This document shows positions 54,625 to 59,688 of a stretch of DNA of 59,688 nucleotides, one piece after another; the stretch's first letter is position 1; each line of letters opens with the position of its first letter. Both the position numbers and the translations under genes were made by a program. This DNA comes from Octopus sinensis (lineage: Eukaryota). The stretch spans positions 1 through 59,688 of the forward strand of contig NW_021832973.1 of assembly GCF_006345805.1 (NCBI RefSeq), given 5' to 3'. Under the pieces are notes generated by a model. It was not told the origin of the DNA. It made no database searches and saw only the letters and a program-made list of their open reading frames with translations.

Positions 54625-54829
54625 TTTGTACAAGGCTTGAAATTTGGGAGAAGTATGTTAATCGTGATTACATCGACCCCTATAATAGACTGCTACTTAT
54701 TTTATCGACCCCGAACGGATGAAACGTAAAGTCGACCCTGACGGAATTTGCGCTCTAACGTAAAGACGATCGAAATGCCGCTTAGTATTTTGTTCGGCAT
54801 GGTAACGATCCTGCCAGCTCGCCGCCTTT
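54625..54829 (-). mobile_element. SINE-B
   Basis: Head ccagctcgccgcc at 54814-54826. Confidence 0.8.
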
Positions 54830-54838
54830 AAATATAAA

Positions 54839-55352
54839 TCTATATATATAAAACTGTAGTTGTGTGAGTGTCTGTCCCCTTCGATTTAGATTCCTAACTA
54901 CTCCCACATTTTGCGGTGCAGTTTAACCAAATTCGGGTATCTTATAGTTGTGATTCATATCGAGCCCGTCTGAGTATTAGCGCGCGTCTACGATGAGTCT
55001 ACGGTTTTAAAAATAATTTAACATAATTTTTTATTCCATTTTAATGCTATTTTTTTTCGTGTGTCGATGGCGCGGAGTTGGCGTCCATGGTCACACCTGC
55101 ACCTGTTTGCTTCTCCCCCTTCTTCCCTCCCTCGTGAAGCTGTGGGGAAGGGAAGTGTAAGGAAATCAACGTCGTAAAGCGTTGTCAAGGAGACCAGCGT
55201 TCTTTTAGAACAACGACTTCATGGCTTGAAGACACCAAAACAGAAATGGCTAAGAAAGCCCGAATTGGCATTTATAAGGGAAGTAACTCTCTAAAAATGC
55301 TTATATAGTTATTTCCCTTACAAACCCGAGCAACGCCGGGCGATACTGCTAG
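54839..55352 (+). mobile_element. Non-autonomous Helitron
   Basis: A|TC 5' end, subterminal hairpin CCCGAGCAACGCCGGG (55325-55340), CTAG|T 3' end. Confidence 0.85.
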
Positions 55353-56191
55353 TAAATAATAAAAGCAAAATAAAAGAGGTGGCTGCTCTGCCTATTTGAG
55401 ACGTGCGACTAAACATTGCCGGATAATGTGTCAACATCTCCGCTTCCATTACCATTTTGTGGTCACAAACCGAAAGAACTGCCGGAAACTATGTTGTAAG
55501 ATTAAGCACAACGAGGGCGAAGTAGGATGGCGGGTCCATACTGATCAATGTAAAGCAAGTCAACTATCCGTACGTGTGAAATAAGAGTGTCAGCTTCCTT
55601 GTCATCGTTTTAAAACTTCACGACAACCGTTTACAGGAACGGGATGACGACATCCAAGCAAAATAAAACATGGCGATCGGTGTCGTCTGCCATTAGAAAC
55701 AAAGGAAAGCTGTAAAGATATTAATAGGAGTCAAGAGTCACTACAGGTCTCATACACACGCGCAAATACATACAGACACACAGACATATGCATATGCAGT
55801 ATTTTCTTATGGTCAGTGATGGTCATGCGAGTTCAACGAATGGATTGGCATGATATGTGTGTGTGTGTGTGTGTGTTGTGTGTTGGTGTGTGTGTGTATG
55901 CGTGCGCGTGTGTGTGTATGTATATATATATATATATATATACATAGAGAGAGAGAGAGAGGGAGAGAGAGAGAGAGATAGAGAGAGAGATAGATAAGAT
56001 ACATACATACATACATACATACATACATACATACATACATACATAGACAAACATATGTATACACATATATTTATATATGCAAATATATATATGCATATCT
56101 ATGTATACGAATATGAGGATTTGCATCCCCAACGAAAATCGTCTTTTTCCCAAACTTATAATGTAATACATGTCTTTGGTGTGGTAATTGT

Positions 56192-56281
56192 GCGCCGCTG
56201 ATGAAGGCTATTGACATACATATTACATCAATTATGCATTGATATAAACTGTCTAATAAAGGCCAGAAACATATGTACCGC
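56192..56281 (+). ncRNA. Type I hammerhead motif with long stem II
   Basis: GCCG-CUGAUGA-AGGCUAUUGACA..UGUCUAAUAAAGGCCA-GAAA-CAUAUG-UA|CCGC; one stem I mismatch. Confidence 0.65.
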
Positions 56282-56360
56282 TAATCCTTGCATCCTGTTT
56301 TTCTTTTGATAAATACACACACACCACACACAACACATACACACACACACACACACACAA

Positions 56361-56444
<84 letters not shown>

Positions 56445-56462
56445 AGATATATATATAAAGTT

Positions 56463-56660
56463 AATCCAAACAAGAAAAACACAAAAAAAAAACCACAACA
56501 ACGCGAGGACGTGGAACAAATATAGTATTATTGGACGCTCAGGAAAGAAGGGAAGAAGGAGGGTTTAACGTTCGAGCGGAGCTCTTCGTCGGAAACATAG
56601 GAGAAGGAAAGATCCAGTGAAGGGAAGACAGAGGGAAAAAAATCGCCAACGGTACACACG
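56463..56660 (-). mobile_element. Family E element, second copy, with a degenerate minimal hammerhead (56564-56596)
   Basis: Minus strand GUUU-CCGACGA-AGAGCUCCGCUC-GAA-CGUU-AAAC; (TA)n flanks. Confidence 0.65.
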
Positions 56661-56709
56661 ATATATATATGTATATACATACATATATATATATATATAT
56701 ATAAGATAT

Positions 56710-56740
<31 letters not shown>

Positions 56741-57819
56741 TATATAGATATATATATATATGTATATACATATATGCATACACACCACATACGTGCGTCT
56801 GTGTGTGCGTATGAACATATAAACTTGCCTGTGTGTGTGCGTGTATACATATATACGTGTATGTATGTATATATGTATGTATGTATGTATGCATGCATGT
56901 ATGTGTGTGTGTGCACGAATCTTATATGAGCCATTAATCTCCCTCTGCACAAGCAGAGACAGGTTAGTGACATTTTTTCCCTTTTTTTTTACTTTCTTTT
57001 AACCTTTTCATTTTCTTTTTCCAAAGTTGACAGTCCGAAATTGCAAGGCAAAGGTAAATAGCGACACATTTGTTCAAATCTGTTCTTTACAAACAGAAAC
57101 TTTGGTTTGGAATGATTACGTGTGTTTCGGGACGCATATATGTGTATATATACATACGTATTTAGGGATGTATGGATGGATGTATACATGGATATGTCAG
57201 GTCACTTTCGAGTGCTGCTGGTAACATGTAACCCAGTACTACCTGTTGCATGGTCGGGTCGTCGGCGACTAAACCGGCAACCCCACCAAGCTGGCTTGGT
57301 GAGGAGGGTGCTTATTGGACACCCTGCGGGATGAAAGACGAAACCCGTCAAAGGGCGGAGGAACTCTTGAGAGTCAACGGCCATCCAATAAATGTCTTAA
57401 GGCTGTATCATGCGCGGGGACATAGAAATAATCGGACTCCATACCCGATCGCGGGTATATATATATACATACATATGCATATATGGGTACAGGACGTCAC
57501 CAACAGTAAACAACATGAAATACGAAAACAAATGGAAAATGGGACAAGCAACACACACAAAGAACGACCCTAATTCACTTGTCGGATGTGTATATATGTA
57601 TGTGTGTTGTGTGTATTTGTGTGTGCGTATACAGATATATAGAGGTATATAGACAGATGTATGTATGGGTGTATACCGTTGTTTGTATAAATGTATGTAG
57701 ATGCATATATGAATGTGTACAGACTTGTGTATGTCTATGTGTATAGATGTGTGCAAATGTATGTATAGACATATATTAATGTCTATACATACTCATTCAT
57801 GTAGGTATGTATATGTATG

Positions 57820-58066
57820 TATGTACGTATGTATATACCTACATGCGTATGTATGCATGTATGTATGTATGTATGTATGTATGTATGTATGTATGTATGT
57901 ATGTATGCATGTATGTATGTATGTATGTATGTATGTATGTATGTTTGTATGTATGTATGTATGTATGTTTGTATGTATGTATGTATGTATGTATGTTTGT
58001 ATGTATGTATGTTTGTATGTATGTATGTATGTATGTTTGTATGTATGTATGTATGTATGTATGTAT
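57820..58066. repeat. (TATG)n microsatellite
   Basis: Direct reading. Confidence 0.95.
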
Positions 58067-58074
58067 CACCACAT

Positions 58075-58245
58075 GTAAATACACTGCGACACAATTTCTT
58101 TTCCTCAACAGGCCCTGCTCTGTTTAAAATTGTCCCAAAACAGATCAAAGACGAAAAGGGGCCCATGGCCTTTAAAGGGAATCTGGATAAATTTCTTCAA
58201 GGAATACCAGATAAGGAACCCATACCTGGATATGTAAGCATGGAC
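58075..58245 (+). mobile_element. CR1/L2-group LINE ORF2 C-terminal fragment
   Basis: FSSTGPALFKIVPKQIK..FKGNLDKFLQGIPD..PGY resembles the ORF2 terminus of CR1-group LINEs. Confidence 0.6.
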
Positions 58246-58329
58246 GGATAGATGAATGTGTATGGATAATAGATATGTGTGTATGTATGTGTGTGTGTGT
58301 GTGTGAATGTATAAATATATTTTTTATGC

Positions 58330-58580
58330 GCCCTTTTCAATCCTAGCCAGGCTCATGGGCCCGGTTTCCCGGTTTCTATGGCGTATGTGTTCGCCACTAG
58401 CTGGACGGGACGCTAGTCCATCACAGAGTTACTCAAGAAACAGGAAGAAAGAGTGAGAGAAAGTTGGGGGCGAAAGCGTACAACAGGGGTCGCCTTTAGG
58501 TGTTTTCCTCAATAAACACACACAACGCCCGGTCTGGGAATCGAAATCGCGATTCTCCGACCGCGAGTCCGCTGCCCTAA
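58330..58580 (-). mobile_element. SINE-C, tail type 3
   Basis: Same head (partial); tail includes gatggactagcgtcccgtccagc. Confidence 0.8.
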
Positions 58581-58653
58581 GGAATGTTTCTTAGTGGTAA
58601 GACCATAGCGGATCTACTTCTAGCATAAGGGTGTCACACAGTGGTTTTCCCTC

Positions 58654-58690
<37 letters not shown>

Positions 58691-58940
58691 GTTAATAATT
58701 AGGGTTCAGCAAAGATTTGATTTACCAACATACCGAAGTTTAGAAAATAGCAGCAAAAAACCTTAAAAAAACATTGCGCCTCCACATATATATATATGTA
58801 TGTGTCTATGTGTGTGTGTGTGTGTGTGTATATACACACACATATATATGCATGTATATGTGTATATTTGTATGTCGCTGTGACACGATGTGTCCTTCGA
58901 TTTCTTGATGTCTGTGTGTGTGTATGCACGCGTGTCTCAT

Positions 58941-58974
<34 letters not shown>

Positions 58975-59124
58975 CAGTAGTAATAGTGGTGGTGGAGGTG
59001 GTTGTTGCGGGTCATAGTGTCATAGTGTTTTGTGTGTGTGTGTGTGTGTGTATGTAGATGTATGTTGTTGATGCTATATTATGTTACAGCATGTATGTGT
59101 GTGTGTGTGTGTGTGTATTACATA

Positions 59125-59530
59125 AGAGCAGAGTGGCTGTGTGGTAAGTAGCTTGCTTACCAAACCACATAGTTCTGGGTTCAGTCCCACTGCGTGGCAA
59201 CTTGGGGCAACGTTCTGCTACTATAGCCTCGGGCGAACCAAAGCCTTGTGAGTAGATTTGGTAGACGGAAACTGAAAGAAGCCTGTCGTGATATGTATGT
59301 ATGTATTATATATGTGTGTCCCTGTGTCTGTGTGTCCCCCTATGCCATGCTGACAACCGATGCTGGTGTGTTTAGGTCCCCGTCACTTAGCGGTTCGGCA
59401 AAAGAGACCGATGAGAATAAGTACTGGGCTTACAAAAAGAATAAGTCCCGGAGTCGTGTTGCTCGATTACAGGCGGAGCTCCAGCATGGCCGCAGTCAAA
59501 TGACTGAAACAAGTAAAAGAGTAAAAAGAG
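59125..59530 (+). mobile_element. SINE-A
   Basis: Head, body and tail; extra head fragment at 59610-59670. Confidence 0.88.
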
Positions 59531-59688
59531 TATATTCTGCAAACGGCAGCAGAAAATTGCAAGATTAAAACAAAGTTTTGAAGCTTAACAAGAAGGACAA
59601 CGGTATTGCTTTCCAGCCACATGGTTCCGGGTTCGGTCCCACTGCGTGGCACCTTGGGCAAGTGTATTTTACTGGAGACACAGACTGA

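Overview
Eukaryotic, repeat-dense genomic DNA, most likely from an octopus (inferred from the tRNA-derived SINE families and microsatellite load). Only one host gene is supportable. It lies on the minus strand in two coding exons (33896-31290 and 26817-26038, joined in phase 0) and encodes a ~1128-aa type I membrane protein: signal peptide, 4 CUB-like domains alternating with 3 sushi domains, a Thr-rich stalk, a TM helix, and an NPxY-bearing acidic tail. The rest is mobile DNA. There are ~35 SINE copies of four families, two Tx1-like L1-clade LINE fragments (one sitting in a (GATA)n array), and a nest of R4/Dong-type RLE LINEs in (AAT)n arrays including one near full-length copy. DNA transposons include a Chapaev3-like CMC element with TIRs, mariner and maT-like relics, two hAT MITEs with TSDs, and a non-autonomous Helitron. 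The most unusual signal is about ten type I hammerhead-ribozyme motifs from several unrelated small ORF-less elements. Most have a palindromic minimal stem III, two occur in near-perfect fold-back duplications (10.7-11.9 kb and 20.0-20.3 kb), and one has a U3-A8 core covariation (54549-54591). This resembles Penelope-like pLTR or retrozyme-type elements. Ribozyme activity, family names and novelty are untested inferences, and SINE boundaries are approximate. Most short ORFs in the track are microsatellite artefacts.
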